From assembly GCA_016234935.1 (NCBI GenBank), contig JACRNL010000010.1, forward strand, positions 276,589 through 340,588: 64,000 nucleotides of DNA, in the 5' to 3' direction. Below are positions 28,565 to 37,478 of the stretch, in pieces. The position numbers were made by a program, and so were the translations under genes. The stretch's first letter is position 1; each line of letters opens with the position of its first letter. The notes beneath the pieces were generated by a model. That model was not told where the DNA came from and ran no database searches. It worked only from the letters and a program-made list of their open reading frames with translations. The stretch comes from Deltaproteobacteria bacterium (lineage in GTDB: Bacteria; Desulfobacterota; GWC2-55-46).

Positions 28565-29461
28565 TCATTTTAACACCCTGTGCCCGCCGAACTCATGCCT
28601 TAATGCCGCGATGACCTTTGCGGAAAAGGCGTCGCCGCCCTGCCTGGACTGAAACCTCTGCAAAAGCGAAAGCGTTATCACCGGACACGGCACGTCCTTG
28701 TCCAGACTGTCAAGAACCGTCCAACGCCCCTCGCCTGAGTCTTCCACGTATGCCTTTACACCGTCGAGGGATGGATTTTCCTCGAACACGCGCCGGGCAA
28801 GCTCAAGTATCCACGAACGCACGACGCTCCCGCGGTTCCAGAGCTTTGAAACCCTTTCAAGGTCGAGCTTGAAGTCGGACGCGTGCATGAGGGCGAAGCC
28901 CTCGGCGTATGCCTCGATCATGCCGTATTCGATGCCGTTGTGTATCATCTTCACATAATGGCCCGCCCCGCTCGGCCCCATGAGGGCAAAGCCGTTTTCA
29001 GGGGCCAGAGTTTTAAACACGGGGGAGAGAGAGTCGAAGACCTTTTTTTCGCCGCCCGCCATTATGCAGTAGCCCTCGGTAAGCCCCCAGACGCCGCCCG
29101 ACGTGCCGACGTCAAGGAAGTTGACGCCCTTTTCACGAAGTGACGCGGCCCTTCGCATGGAATCTTTATACATGGAGTTGCCGCCGTCGACGATCGTGTC
29201 GTCCTTTGAAAGAAGCGGGGCGAGCCTTTCTATGGTCTCATCAACTGGCGCGCCCGAAGGGATCATTATCCACACCGCCCTCGGCCGGGCCAACTTTCCG
29301 GCAAGCTCTTCGATGGAGGACGCGCCTTGCGCCCCCTTTTCCACGGCCGCGGCTACGGCCGCGGCGCTGCGGTCATATGCGGCAACGGCGTGGCCGCCGA
29401 GGCAAAGCCTTGTGACCATGCTGAGTCCCATCCTGCCAAGCCCTATAAAGCCGAGTTCCAT
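28565..29461 (-). CDS. gnd: 6-phosphogluconate dehydrogenase (decarboxylating), short ~300-aa form
   Basis: MELGFIGLGRMGLSMV Rossmann N-terminus with an AAGGAGG RBS. The ORF track's N-terminal 43 codons lie in repeats. Confidence 0.85.
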   Translation of the reverse strand: MELGFIGLGRMGLSMVTRLCLGGHAVAAYDRSAAAVAAAVEKGAQGASSIEELAGKLARPRAVWIMIPSGAPVDETIERLAPLLSKDDTIVDGGNSMYKDSMRRAASLREKGVNFLDVGTSGGVWGLTEGYCIMAGGEKKVFDSLSPVFKTLAPENGFALMGPSGAGHYVKMIHNGIEYGMIEAYAEGFALMHASDFKLDLERVSKLWNRGSVVRSWILELARRVFEENPSLDGVKAYVEDSGEGRWTVLDSLDKDVPCPVITLSLLQRFQSRQGGDAFSAKVIAALRHEFGGHRVLK

Positions 29462-29480
29462 GACGCAAGCCTCCTTTATC

Positions 29481-29577
29481 GCCTGCCCTTTGAAAGGGTT
29501 CAACCCTCCCCAGCGCCACTTTCCGGCGCCGACATTTTTATTAGATACATATGCTGATAACGGAAAGTGGCGCTGGG
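29481..29577 (+). repeat. REP unit plus hairpin-repeat family 2 copy 1 (CCAGCGCCACTTTCCG-[AT-rich 33 nt]-CGGAAAGTGGCGCTGG)
   Basis: Lies directly upstream of the gnd start. Near-identical copy at 30813-30908. Confidence 0.6.
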
Positions 29578-29712
29578 CTGCCCATCCCATGAAGAGGATT
29601 TAAAAACAACGTAAAATTCCGCAAAGCTCAATTGATTAATAGCTTAAAGATAGCAGAGAAGGCGAGGAAAGGCAACTGCGCAAGGACGTTTTCCCGCCCT
29701 CGGCGCATGGGA

Positions 29713-30735
29713 TTAAAATTGCAGATTAGGCCTGAGGATGATCTGGAAGTTGTCGCGATTTTCCCTATCCTCAAGAACGCCCGTGTATTTTAACGCACCC
29801 TCCCAGATAAAGCCCACGGCCATGGAAAAGGCAATCTTTTTTTCATTGTAAGGCCACTTCTTGTCGACCGTGAAGTAGTGCCGCACTGGTTTTAACGTCC
29901 TGTTATCCATGTCAAAGATATATTCAAAGCCGGCGTTCTTAAAAAAGGTGTCGGGCGAACCCTCATAGTCCACAAAGCTCCTTCTGAGCGCTATGTAAAT
30001 GACGTCCTTTATGTCACGGTTCGAATGGAGCTTTTCCCCCACGCGAAAGCTCCAGCTAAGCGTATGGGTGGGGAACTTCCTGTCCCCCTTAATCTTCCAC
30101 TCCAGCTCTACCGAACTGTCCTTGATGAGCCTGTTGTCCTTTATGTGCTGGTCGCCTATGCTGACGAGATACCCCATGTAGCCGAAGTTGCCGCTCCTGT
30201 GCTTTTCGCCGGGGCTCGTGAAACTGACGACGTTGCCCATGAAAAACGAAAGGGCATAGGGCTCTTCAAAGCCTGCGGTCACGGCCTTTATCAGGTTGAG
30301 GTTGTCTGAGACCTTCGCGCCCCTGTATACGTCATTCGCGTTGCTTCTGGCGGCAACGCCCGCGACAGGCATGGGGAATACCGCCGCTTCAACGACAAGA
30401 TATCTGGGGATGTAGGAGCTTAAAAACAGGTCTCTGTATATCTGAAACTCAGGCTTTGTGCCTGCGTCTGGAATCGGCTGGTCGGTGAGATTTACGATAA
30501 TCGAGGCGTTAGTGTAATACGGGTCAAGCTCGTATTCAAAACTATAACCCTTTTCTTCCTTGCCGGCCGTCACGGCCTTTTCCTGCCCTCGCGTGTTTAA
30601 AGCGGGGGTCTGAGGCATTGCCTCATCTTTTGAGACTAAAACAGCCTCCTGGGCGTAGGCGCACGGCTGTCCAACGCACACGAGGACAAAAAGCGAAACC
30701 GCACAAAGAATCCTGCAATGGAAAGAATCCCTCAT
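29713..30735 (-). CDS. hypothetical outer-membrane protein (signal peptide, C-terminal …LRPNLQF beta-barrel signature)
   Basis: Start at MRDSFHCRILCAVSLFVLVCVGQPCAYA. Terminal aromatic residue typical of OMPs. Confidence 0.45.
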   Translation of the reverse strand: MRDSFHCRILCAVSLFVLVCVGQPCAYAQEAVLVSKDEAMPQTPALNTRGQEKAVTAGKEEKGYSFEYELDPYYTNASIIVNLTDQPIPDAGTKPEFQIYRDLFLSSYIPRYLVVEAAVFPMPVAGVAARSNANDVYRGAKVSDNLNLIKAVTAGFEEPYALSFFMGNVVSFTSPGEKHRSGNFGYMGYLVSIGDQHIKDNRLIKDSSVELEWKIKGDRKFPTHTLSWSFRVGEKLHSNRDIKDVIYIALRRSFVDYEGSPDTFFKNAGFEYIFDMDNRTLKPVRHYFTVDKKWPYNEKKIAFSMAVGFIWEGALKYTGVLEDRENRDNFQIILRPNLQF

Positions 30736-30812
30736 GATGTAACGAATTCTCTCCGCCAGACCTGTGTGATAAATCATACCGCCTAAAGGGCCAGCCATAA
30801 CTGCCTCTCAAG

Positions 30813-31015
30813 CCTGCCCTTTGAAAGGGTTCAGCCCTCCCAAGCGCCACTTTCCGGCGCCAACATTTTTATTAGATACATATGCTGATAACGGAAAGTG
30901 GCGCCGGGCTGCCCTCGCATGTCCCCCGCTTAAAACCCCCGCTTTAGACCTGCGAGGGCAGGCGTGCGGGGGTTGAACCCCTTCAAGGGGCAGGCTGAAG
31001 CGGGGGTTTAAAACC
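30813..31015 (+). repeat. cluster of REP-like units (CCTGCCCTCGCATG / CCCCCGCTTAAAA / GGGTTGAACCCCTTCAAGGGG) plus family-2 hairpin copy 2
   Basis: Direct reading shows several inverted GC palindromes without the regular spacing of a CRISPR array. Confidence 0.6.
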
Positions 31016-31104
31016 GGCAGGCCAGTCCTTCTTATATCATCACATCAACCTCTTGTAAAGCCTCAAAAGCTTGAATTGCCTGATGTTTTTTAAAGATCAA
31101 CTAT

Positions 31105-31160
31105 GACATAAAAAAACGCGGCCCCGTCATCCTGTAACCGGATAAGGGGACCGCGTTTAA
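31105..31160 (-). terminator. intrinsic terminator after the PA-repeat protein gene
   Basis: Minus strand reads AAACGCGGTCCCCTTATCCGGTTACAGGATGACGGGGCCGCGTTTTTTT. Confidence 0.55.
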
Positions 31161-31227
31161 TTATGGCTTAAGCCTGGCGGCTTTTGCCGCCGTTATCGGG
31201 ATATCCGCTGCTCCATCCTCACGGAAC

Positions 31228-31707
31228 TTATAGAGGTGTCGGCGCTGGAGCCGGTGTCGGCGCCGGCGCCGGCGCCGGAGTTGGAGCTGGAGCCGGAACA
31301 GGCGCAGGCGCTGGTTTTTCACCCATTACCGTTATCTCAAGCTGGCATTCCTTGCATGATTCGACCTCTACCTCAAGCTCGTTATCCGCCTTGAGCGTCA
31401 CGTTGTAGCTCAGCGTGTCGACCTTCTTGCTGAAGTCCTTTTGCCGCGCCACCTTCACGTCGTTCAACTCTATTGTCGCGCTCGATACCCTGAAAGACTT
31501 GCCTGATTCGCCGCCGTTCTTCACGACTATGACCCCGCTGCCTGCTACCGGGGCCGTGAAGTGGAAGGTCGTCTTCTTGTCATGCTTGGAATGTTCGCGC
31601 TTTACAACGTAGACAGGCCCGTAGATCGTGCCCATCTCGGCAAGCGCCGCGCCCGCCGACGCGAGGGTTAAAGCAACTACCGATGCCAGCAAGAATAATC
31701 TTTTCAT
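31228..31707 (-). CDS. secreted protein ending in a (Pro-Ala)n/Thr/Val repeat tail
   Basis: Signal peptide MKRLFLLASVVALTLASAGAALA with an AAGGAGG RBS. C-terminus PAPAPVPAPAPTPAPAPAPTPAPAPTPL, encoded by a GCNCCN microsatellite at ~31235-31320. Confidence 0.55.
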   Translation of the reverse strand: MKRLFLLASVVALTLASAGAALAEMGTIYGPVYVVKREHSKHDKKTTFHFTAPVAGSGVIVVKNGGESGKSFRVSSATIELNDVKVARQKDFSKKVDTLSYNVTLKADNELEVEVESCKECQLEITVMGEKPAPAPVPAPAPTPAPAPAPTPAPAPTPL

Positions 31708-32115
31708 ACGAAATTCCTCCTTACTAAGGTTTTTTATTCTCAAGCTGTGTATATATCGCGGATGACGCCACATGCATATTATAGCTGATTTATAGCATGA
31801 GGCCGGATTTCACACAGTGACTAAAGCTACCAAACGAATTTAATTTTCCTGCAAGGGGATTTTCACGCCTGCCCTCGCGTGTCCCCCGATAGAAACATTC
31901 GAGGGCAAGCTAAAGCGGGGGGTGGAATAAATCCCGCGAAATTGCCGCCCGGACATTGCCGGGCCGGTCATGAGACGCGAAAAACCTGAACTTTAACAGA
32001 CCTTGACAAACCTTGACCTGCTGATATTCTTTGAATAGTCAGCATCCCGCGCCATACAGCCCGGCACACCCCCTTGCCCCCACGACCAAATACACCGGAC
32101 AGACAAACGGTAAAT

Positions 32116-32862
32116 ATGGAAAAGAAACGTCACATCTATTCTTCCCCGGCAAGGCTTTTTCTTATCATCGCAGTCTCTGTTTTTCTTATAGAGGCCATGA
32201 TAATGATCATACTGCCGCACCTGCCGGTTTTGTCCGCAACCACGACGGTTCTGCTCGACACGTTGGCGCTGGTCTTGCTGCTCACGCCTGTTCTCTACTT
32301 CTTCTTTTTCCGTCCGCTCATTCAGCATATCAACGAACGCACGGCAAATGAAGAAAGACTCCGGATCATCAACGACAACGCCGCCGACGCGATCGTTTGC
32401 GCGAATGACGATGATAAAATCTACGCATGGAACAAAAAGGCCCATGAGATATTCGGCTATACCGCCGAAGAGGCAAAAGGAAAGCCGATTCACAGCCTCA
32501 TTGTGCCGGAAAGGCACCGTGAAAAGGCGGCTAAGGGCCTTAAGCTTTTTTTTAAGACCGGAACCGGCCCGGTAATCGGCAAGACGCTGGAATTAGCCGC
32601 TCTCCGCAAAGGCGGCACAGAATTCCCTGTCGAGCTTTCGGTGGCGGCCATGAACATCCGCGGCCATTGGCACGCGACCGCCATCATCAGGGACATTACC
32701 GCGCGCAAGAAGATGGAAGACGAACTCAAGTCTCGGCTTGAGCAATTTGAGCGGCTTAATAAGCTCATGGTAGGCAGGGAACTGCGCATGGAAGAGCTTA
32801 AAAAAGAGATACAGTCGCTTGAAAATAGCCTTATGAAGCTCCGGGGGACTGATGGGCGTTGA
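32116..32862 (+). CDS. membrane-anchored PAS-domain protein with C-terminal coiled coil
   Basis: TM segment LFLIIAVSVFLIEAMIMIIL, then a PAS fold (…DAIVCANDDDKIYAWNKKAHEIFGYTAEEAKGKPI…). Overlaps the next gene by 11 nt. Confidence 0.6.
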   Translation: MEKKRHIYSSPARLFLIIAVSVFLIEAMIMIILPHLPVLSATTTVLLDTLALVLLLTPVLYFFFFRPLIQHINERTANEERLRIINDNAADAIVCANDDDKIYAWNKKAHEIFGYTAEEAKGKPIHSLIVPERHREKAAKGLKLFFKTGTGPVIGKTLELAALRKGGTEFPVELSVAAMNIRGHWHATAIIRDITARKKMEDELKSRLEQFERLNKLMVGRELRMEELKKEIQSLENSLMKLRGTDGR

Positions 32863-35050
32863 ATCTGAAGATCTCATTAAAAAAATAGAAGCGTTTAAAA
32901 CAGAGCTTGCAAAAAAGCAAGCCGAGCTTGAGAAGGCATGGGCGCAGGAAAAGGAACTCAAAGATACCTCGCGCGCGATGCTCAACCTCCTTGACGACCT
33001 GAACAAATCCTCCGCTAACATGGAGGCGGCGAAAAAGGACTGGGAGACGACCTTTGACGCGATGCTTGACCCGGTATTCATCCACGACAGCCGGTTCAGG
33101 GTAGTCCGGGCCAACAGGGCCTATCAGGAGGCGGCGGGGCTTGCATTTCACGACATTATAGGCATGCCCTATTACGAAGTATTTCCGAAAACTCAGAGCG
33201 GCCCTTGCAAGGGCTGCTTAAAGGCCATCGAACCCGGAATCGAGGAAAAGGAAGAGATTTACATCCCTCAGACGGGCAAGACATTCAAGATGCTGTTTTA
33301 TGCCATGAAAGACGCTGCCGGCAAGCAACTATGCGGGCTGCACGTCATGGAGAACATAACGGACGTAAAGAAGGCCGAAGATGCGATGCGGCGGGAATTG
33401 GAGATTATAAGGCATCTGCTTATGATATCCAACGCCGCCGCCCGTACCACGGATATAGACAGGCTTATGGAGCAGGTGGTCTCCTGCCTGAACACAATCA
33501 TGTCGAGCGATATCGCATTGTCCTATCTCTGGGACGGGGAAGGCGGCGCATTCCTGCCAAGCCATGCAACAGGACTGTCCCACGAACAGACGTCGCTGTT
33601 TTTGACGGAGCATATCGGCGGCAATGACGCCGTTGTTAAAAAGGCATTCAATGGACACGCGGCGATAATCGGAAAAGAAACCCTGACGGCCGAGGGGCCG
33701 GGGACAGACGCGCTCAAAAGGCTTTTTTCGCGGGAAACACGGCTTGAATCGCTGGCCGTGATACCTCTTTACGGCAGGCTCGGCCCCCTCGGCCTTTTAA
33801 TATGCGCGTATACGGGACTCAATCCGAAAGGCGCCGAGGCGTTGGAACGGATGCCGGAAGAACTGATGAACGGCATCGGCTCTCAGGTGTCAACCGCGCT
33901 CGACGAGGCGCGGGTATACAGGGAGTCAACCAACAAATCAATGGAGCTCTCCCACAAGATAGAAACCATAAAGATCATGCACGAAATAGACAAACATGTG
34001 CTTTCCACCCTGGAACCGCAGGAGATACTCGACACGGCCGTGCTGATGATCTCAAAGATAATACCGTGCGACAGGGTAACGGTGGTTCTCGTTGACAGGG
34101 CCAGGGGCGGCTTTTCACTAATCGCCGGATTCGGCACTAAAAACAGGTTCGCGCCGTTTGAAGATACAAACGCATCCGAGATATTGAAGACCGGACGGCT
34201 GCAATACGCGGCGGACCTGCGCGAAATCGGGGATATCAAGCCTCTTGAAAAAAGCCTCCTTGACGAAGGCTTCATATCGCATATCAGGATGCCCCTTACC
34301 GTAAAGGGCGAGATATCGGGGATTTTGACCGTGGGGTCAAGGCACGCCTCGGCGTATACGCCTGAAGACCTTTCAACCATGGAAAAGCTCGCGTCCCAGA
34401 TAAGCGTGGCGCTTGAGAACGCGCGGCTCGTTAAAGACCTCGAAGAGCTTTTCATCGGGATAGTGAGGACGCTGTCAAAGGTCATAGACACGAAAAGCCC
34501 CTGGACGCAGGGCCATTCGGAGCGGGTCACCGAATACGCGCTTGAAATAGGCCGAGCCATGGGCATGGGCAAAACGCAGCTCAAGCGGTTAGAGCTTGCC
34601 GGCCTGCTTCACGACATCGGCAAGATAGGGACTTACGAAGCCATACTCGACAAGCCCGGCAGGCTGAGCGACGAAGAGCTTGAAATAATGAAGCGGCATC
34701 CGTCCGCAGGCGCTGAAATACTCCAGCCCATAAAGCAGCTTGCGGACGTAGTCTCCGTAATAAAATGCCACCATGAATTTTACGACGGAAGCGGATATCC
34801 GGACGGGATCAAAGGCGAGAGCATCCCGTTGATGGCGCGTATGCTCACCGTGGCCGACGCGGTCGACGCGATGAGCGCGGACAGGCCTTACAGAAAAGGC
34901 AAGCCCGCAAGCGCCATCATGCAGGAGCTTAAAAGATGCTCCGGCACGCAATTCGACCCGGCCGTGGCCAAGACATTCCTCTCCATCATTGAGGCCAAAT
35001 GGCAAGGGGCTGCGCCCCCTCAGGGGGCCGAACCCCCTCAGGGGGCGTGA
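32852..35050 (+). CDS. PAS-GAF-GAF-HD-GYP protein (c-di-GMP phosphodiesterase family)
   Basis: HD motif LLHDIGKI and HHEFYDGSGYP (HD-GYP). The C-terminal tail QGAAPPQGAEPPQGA is encoded by REP palindromes. Confidence 0.85.
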   Translation: MGVESEDLIKKIEAFKTELAKKQAELEKAWAQEKELKDTSRAMLNLLDDLNKSSANMEAAKKDWETTFDAMLDPVFIHDSRFRVVRANRAYQEAAGLAFHDIIGMPYYEVFPKTQSGPCKGCLKAIEPGIEEKEEIYIPQTGKTFKMLFYAMKDAAGKQLCGLHVMENITDVKKAEDAMRRELEIIRHLLMISNAAARTTDIDRLMEQVVSCLNTIMSSDIALSYLWDGEGGAFLPSHATGLSHEQTSLFLTEHIGGNDAVVKKAFNGHAAIIGKETLTAEGPGTDALKRLFSRETRLESLAVIPLYGRLGPLGLLICAYTGLNPKGAEALERMPEELMNGIGSQVSTALDEARVYRESTNKSMELSHKIETIKIMHEIDKHVLSTLEPQEILDTAVLMISKIIPCDRVTVVLVDRARGGFSLIAGFGTKNRFAPFEDTNASEILKTGRLQYAADLREIGDIKPLEKSLLDEGFISHIRMPLTVKGEISGILTVGSRHASAYTPEDLSTMEKLASQISVALENARLVKDLEELFIGIVRTLSKVIDTKSPWTQGHSERVTEYALEIGRAMGMGKTQLKRLELAGLLHDIGKIGTYEAILDKPGRLSDEELEIMKRHPSAGAEILQPIKQLADVVSVIKCHHEFYDGSGYPDGIKGESIPLMARMLTVADAVDAMSADRPYRKGKPASAIMQELKRCSGTQFDPAVAKTFLSIIEAKWQGAAPPQGAEPPQGA
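35005..35050. repeat. REP-like palindromes forming the 3' end of the HD-GYP gene
   Basis: GGGGCTGCGCCCCCTCAGGGGGCCGAACCCCCTCAGGGGGCGTGA. Confidence 0.55.
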
Positions 35051-35428
35051 TGCTGTCCTTCTTTCAACCGTTATTGACCCAAAACTTCCCAAACAAGGCT
35101 TGACGCCCCCGCGATACTCAATCCGGCGGAGCGCCCTTGTCTCCGGGCTTCACTTGGCTTGGCGGACAGCTTTTTCCGTTTTCTCCTTGATAAAAGGCGC
35201 AAAAATACTGTTACAGTAACCAGTGGGATTGATAGGGATTTGGTTTTGGTATTTTCTTTGGTAATATGTCGCGCATAGGTAGTTCGTTATGGTATTTTTT
35301 ATGCTGTAGATTTCAGCGCGTCTTGTATAAAGTCTCTACGGATTCCCATCTTGTAAAAAGGAGTTCCCGCAGACCATGACACAAACCTGATTGACGGACA
35401 ATTTCAAAGATAATCTACAATTGTCAAG

Positions 35429-35457
35429 TTGACCGTATATTGCAGCTGAAGTATAAT
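35429..35457 (+). promoter_or_regulatory. consensus sigma70 promoter (TTGACC-N17-TATAAT) in the AT-rich ygiQ leader
   Basis: Sequence ttgaccgtatattgcagctgaagtataat, ~40 nt upstream of the ygiQ ATG. The surrounding ~300 bp are markedly AT-rich. Confidence 0.6.
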
Positions 35458-35494
35458 GATTTTCGACGGTTAATATATTATAGGAAAAAGACCG

Positions 35495-37336
35495 ATGTTT
35501 CTGCCGACGACAAAAGAGGAGATCGAGGGGCTTGGCTGGAAGGGCCTCGATATAATACTGGTAACGGGCGACAGTTATATTGACTCGCCCTACGTCGGAG
35601 TGGCCGTAATCGGAAAGATCCTCCTTGACTCCGGGTACAAGGTCGGAGTTATCGGTCAACCGGAAACAAGTTCTGACGTCGACATCAGGCGCCTCGGCGA
35701 GCCTCGGCTCTTCTGGGGCGTTACGGGCGGCTGCATCGACTCCATGGTCGCCAACCGCACGGCTACAGGCCGCAGACGTAACCGCGACGACTATACCCCC
35801 GGCGGCGTAAACAACCGGCGTCCTGACAGGGCCGCCATCGCCTACACCAATCTCATCAAAAGATATTATAAAAAAGATACCCGCCCTATTGTCCTGGGAG
35901 GTATCGAAGCAAGTCTGCGCCGGACAGCCCATTATGATTTCTGGACAGACACTATAAGAAGGTCAATCCTCTTTGACACGAAAGCCGATTATCTTCTTTA
36001 TGGGATGGCGGAGCGCTCCGCTGTCGAACTCGCCGGATGTATAAAGGACGGGAAAGACCCCCGGAGTGTGCGCGGACTTTGCTATATCTCCAAAGATATT
36101 CCTGATGGCTGTCTGGAACTCCCTTCATTCCAGGAATCTGCGCAGGACAAGGACGCTTTCACAAGGTCATTCCACACAGTCTACAATAACAACGATCCGG
36201 CGACGGCCGTGGCATTGGCTCAAAGACAGGACACCCGTTATCTCATCCAGAACCCTCCGGCGCCCTATCTCTCTCAGAAGGAACTTGACAGGGTATACGG
36301 CCTGGGATATGAACGGGACGCTCACCCCTACCACCGTAAGGATGGCGAGGTAAAGGTCCTTGAGACGATCCGCTTCTCCATTTCCTCGCACCGCGGATGT
36401 TACGGTGAATGCAGTTTTTGCGCCATCGCCGTCCATGAAGGCCGCCGCGTGAGGAGCAGAAGCAAGGCCTCTATCCTTGCCGAGGCAAAGGAGATGACGC
36501 GGCACCCCCTTTTCAAGGGAAGGATAAATGATGTGGGCGGGCCATCGGCCAATATGTACGGCACAGGTTGTGAGAGGATGGAAAAACAGGGCTGCTGCCC
36601 GAAAAAGAGCTGCATCTCCCCGCAAGTCTGTCCCAGGCTCAATTTTGGCCACGCAGAGCAGTTATCGCTCCTTAAGGCGCTGCGCGGCGTCGATGGAGTC
36701 CAAAAGGTTGTCGTTGCGTCGGGACTGAGACACGACCTGGTACTGGCGGATAAAAACGAGGGAGAGCGGTACCTTAAGGAGCTTGTCCTCCACCACGTCT
36801 CCGGACAGATGAAGATAGCCCCCGAACACTCGGAGGCAAGCGTGCTTCGGCAGATGGGCAAGCCTAACTGCGACCAGAACGCCCTTATAAAGTTCAAGGA
36901 GCTCTTTTACAAATTTACGAAGGAGGCAGGGTTGAGCCAGTTTTTAACCTACTACCTGATGGCCGCCCATCCCGGCTGCGGCGAGGACGATATGGCAAGG
37001 CTGAGGTCATTTGCTTTGAAAGAGCTGGGCAGACTGCCGGAGCAGGTACAGGTATTTACGCCCACCCCGTCGACATATTCCACCCTGAGCTACTGGACCG
37101 GGTGCGACCCCTTTACCGGCAAGCCCTGTTTTGTGGAAAAGAGCGCCAGAGGCAGGGAAGCGCAGAAGTCCATACTAACAGGCCCATGTATCAAGAAAGA
37201 GAAGAAAGAAGCGTTTGACCCTAAAAGGTTGCTGAAAAACTCAAAATTTGTTCAGGCTCTCAAATCTTCCCATTGCAATAATAAGGACGCAATGGGAACC
37301 CAGCCAGATGCGAGGCGTCGAGGAAGCGACGAATGA
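35495..37336 (+). CDS. ygiQ: YgiQ-family radical SAM protein (UPF0313)
   Basis: MFLPTTKEEIEGLGWKGLDIILVTGDSYIDSPY… matches the YgiQ N-terminal domain. CYGECSFC is a Cx3Cx2C motif. The last ~12 codons (…TQPDARRRGSDE*) are supplied by MITE copy D. Confidence 0.85.
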   Translation: MFLPTTKEEIEGLGWKGLDIILVTGDSYIDSPYVGVAVIGKILLDSGYKVGVIGQPETSSDVDIRRLGEPRLFWGVTGGCIDSMVANRTATGRRRNRDDYTPGGVNNRRPDRAAIAYTNLIKRYYKKDTRPIVLGGIEASLRRTAHYDFWTDTIRRSILFDTKADYLLYGMAERSAVELAGCIKDGKDPRSVRGLCYISKDIPDGCLELPSFQESAQDKDAFTRSFHTVYNNNDPATAVALAQRQDTRYLIQNPPAPYLSQKELDRVYGLGYERDAHPYHRKDGEVKVLETIRFSISSHRGCYGECSFCAIAVHEGRRVRSRSKASILAEAKEMTRHPLFKGRINDVGGPSANMYGTGCERMEKQGCCPKKSCISPQVCPRLNFGHAEQLSLLKALRGVDGVQKVVVASGLRHDLVLADKNEGERYLKELVLHHVSGQMKIAPEHSEASVLRQMGKPNCDQNALIKFKELFYKFTKEAGLSQFLTYYLMAAHPGCGEDDMARLRSFALKELGRLPEQVQVFTPTPSTYSTLSYWTGCDPFTGKPCFVEKSARGREAQKSILTGPCIKKEKKEAFDPKRLLKNSKFVQALKSSHCNNKDAMGTQPDARRRGSDE

Positions 37337-37413
37337 GGCGCACTTTGTTGTGCGCCGTTCGTTCCGAGTGACGACGACAACGAAGCAGATGGGCGTTTTT
37401 CAGCAGCCTGCTG
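37300..37413 (+). mobile_element. MITE-like element, copy D (left TIR missing)
   Basis: …CCAGATGCGAGGCGTCGAGGAAGCGACGAATGAGGCGCACtttgttgGTGCGCC…GATGGGCGTTTTTCAGCAGCCTG. Confidence 0.55.
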
Positions 37414-37478
37414 AAAGACATGTCCTTAAAAGGGCCCAATTCAGGGTAAAGGGGAGATAAAACAAGAGGACGGCATCT

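Noticed and set aside
29481-29511. tRNA-like T-loop motif GGGTTCAACCC recurring in repeats
   Set aside because: It lacks the acceptor, D and anticodon arm context. It is part of the REP palindrome GGGTTGAACCC/CCCTTTGAAAGGG, and no cloverleaf can be drawn.
30805-31015. Possible CRISPR array in the dense palindrome cluster
   Set aside because: No regular repeat-spacer periodicity. The units are heterogeneous REP-like palindromes, not identical direct repeats, and there are no cas genes.
35336-35932. 198-aa minus-strand ORF overlapping the ygiQ start and AT-rich leader
   Set aside because: Antisense to a well-supported gene. The start lies in a non-coding AT-rich region, and there are no motifs.
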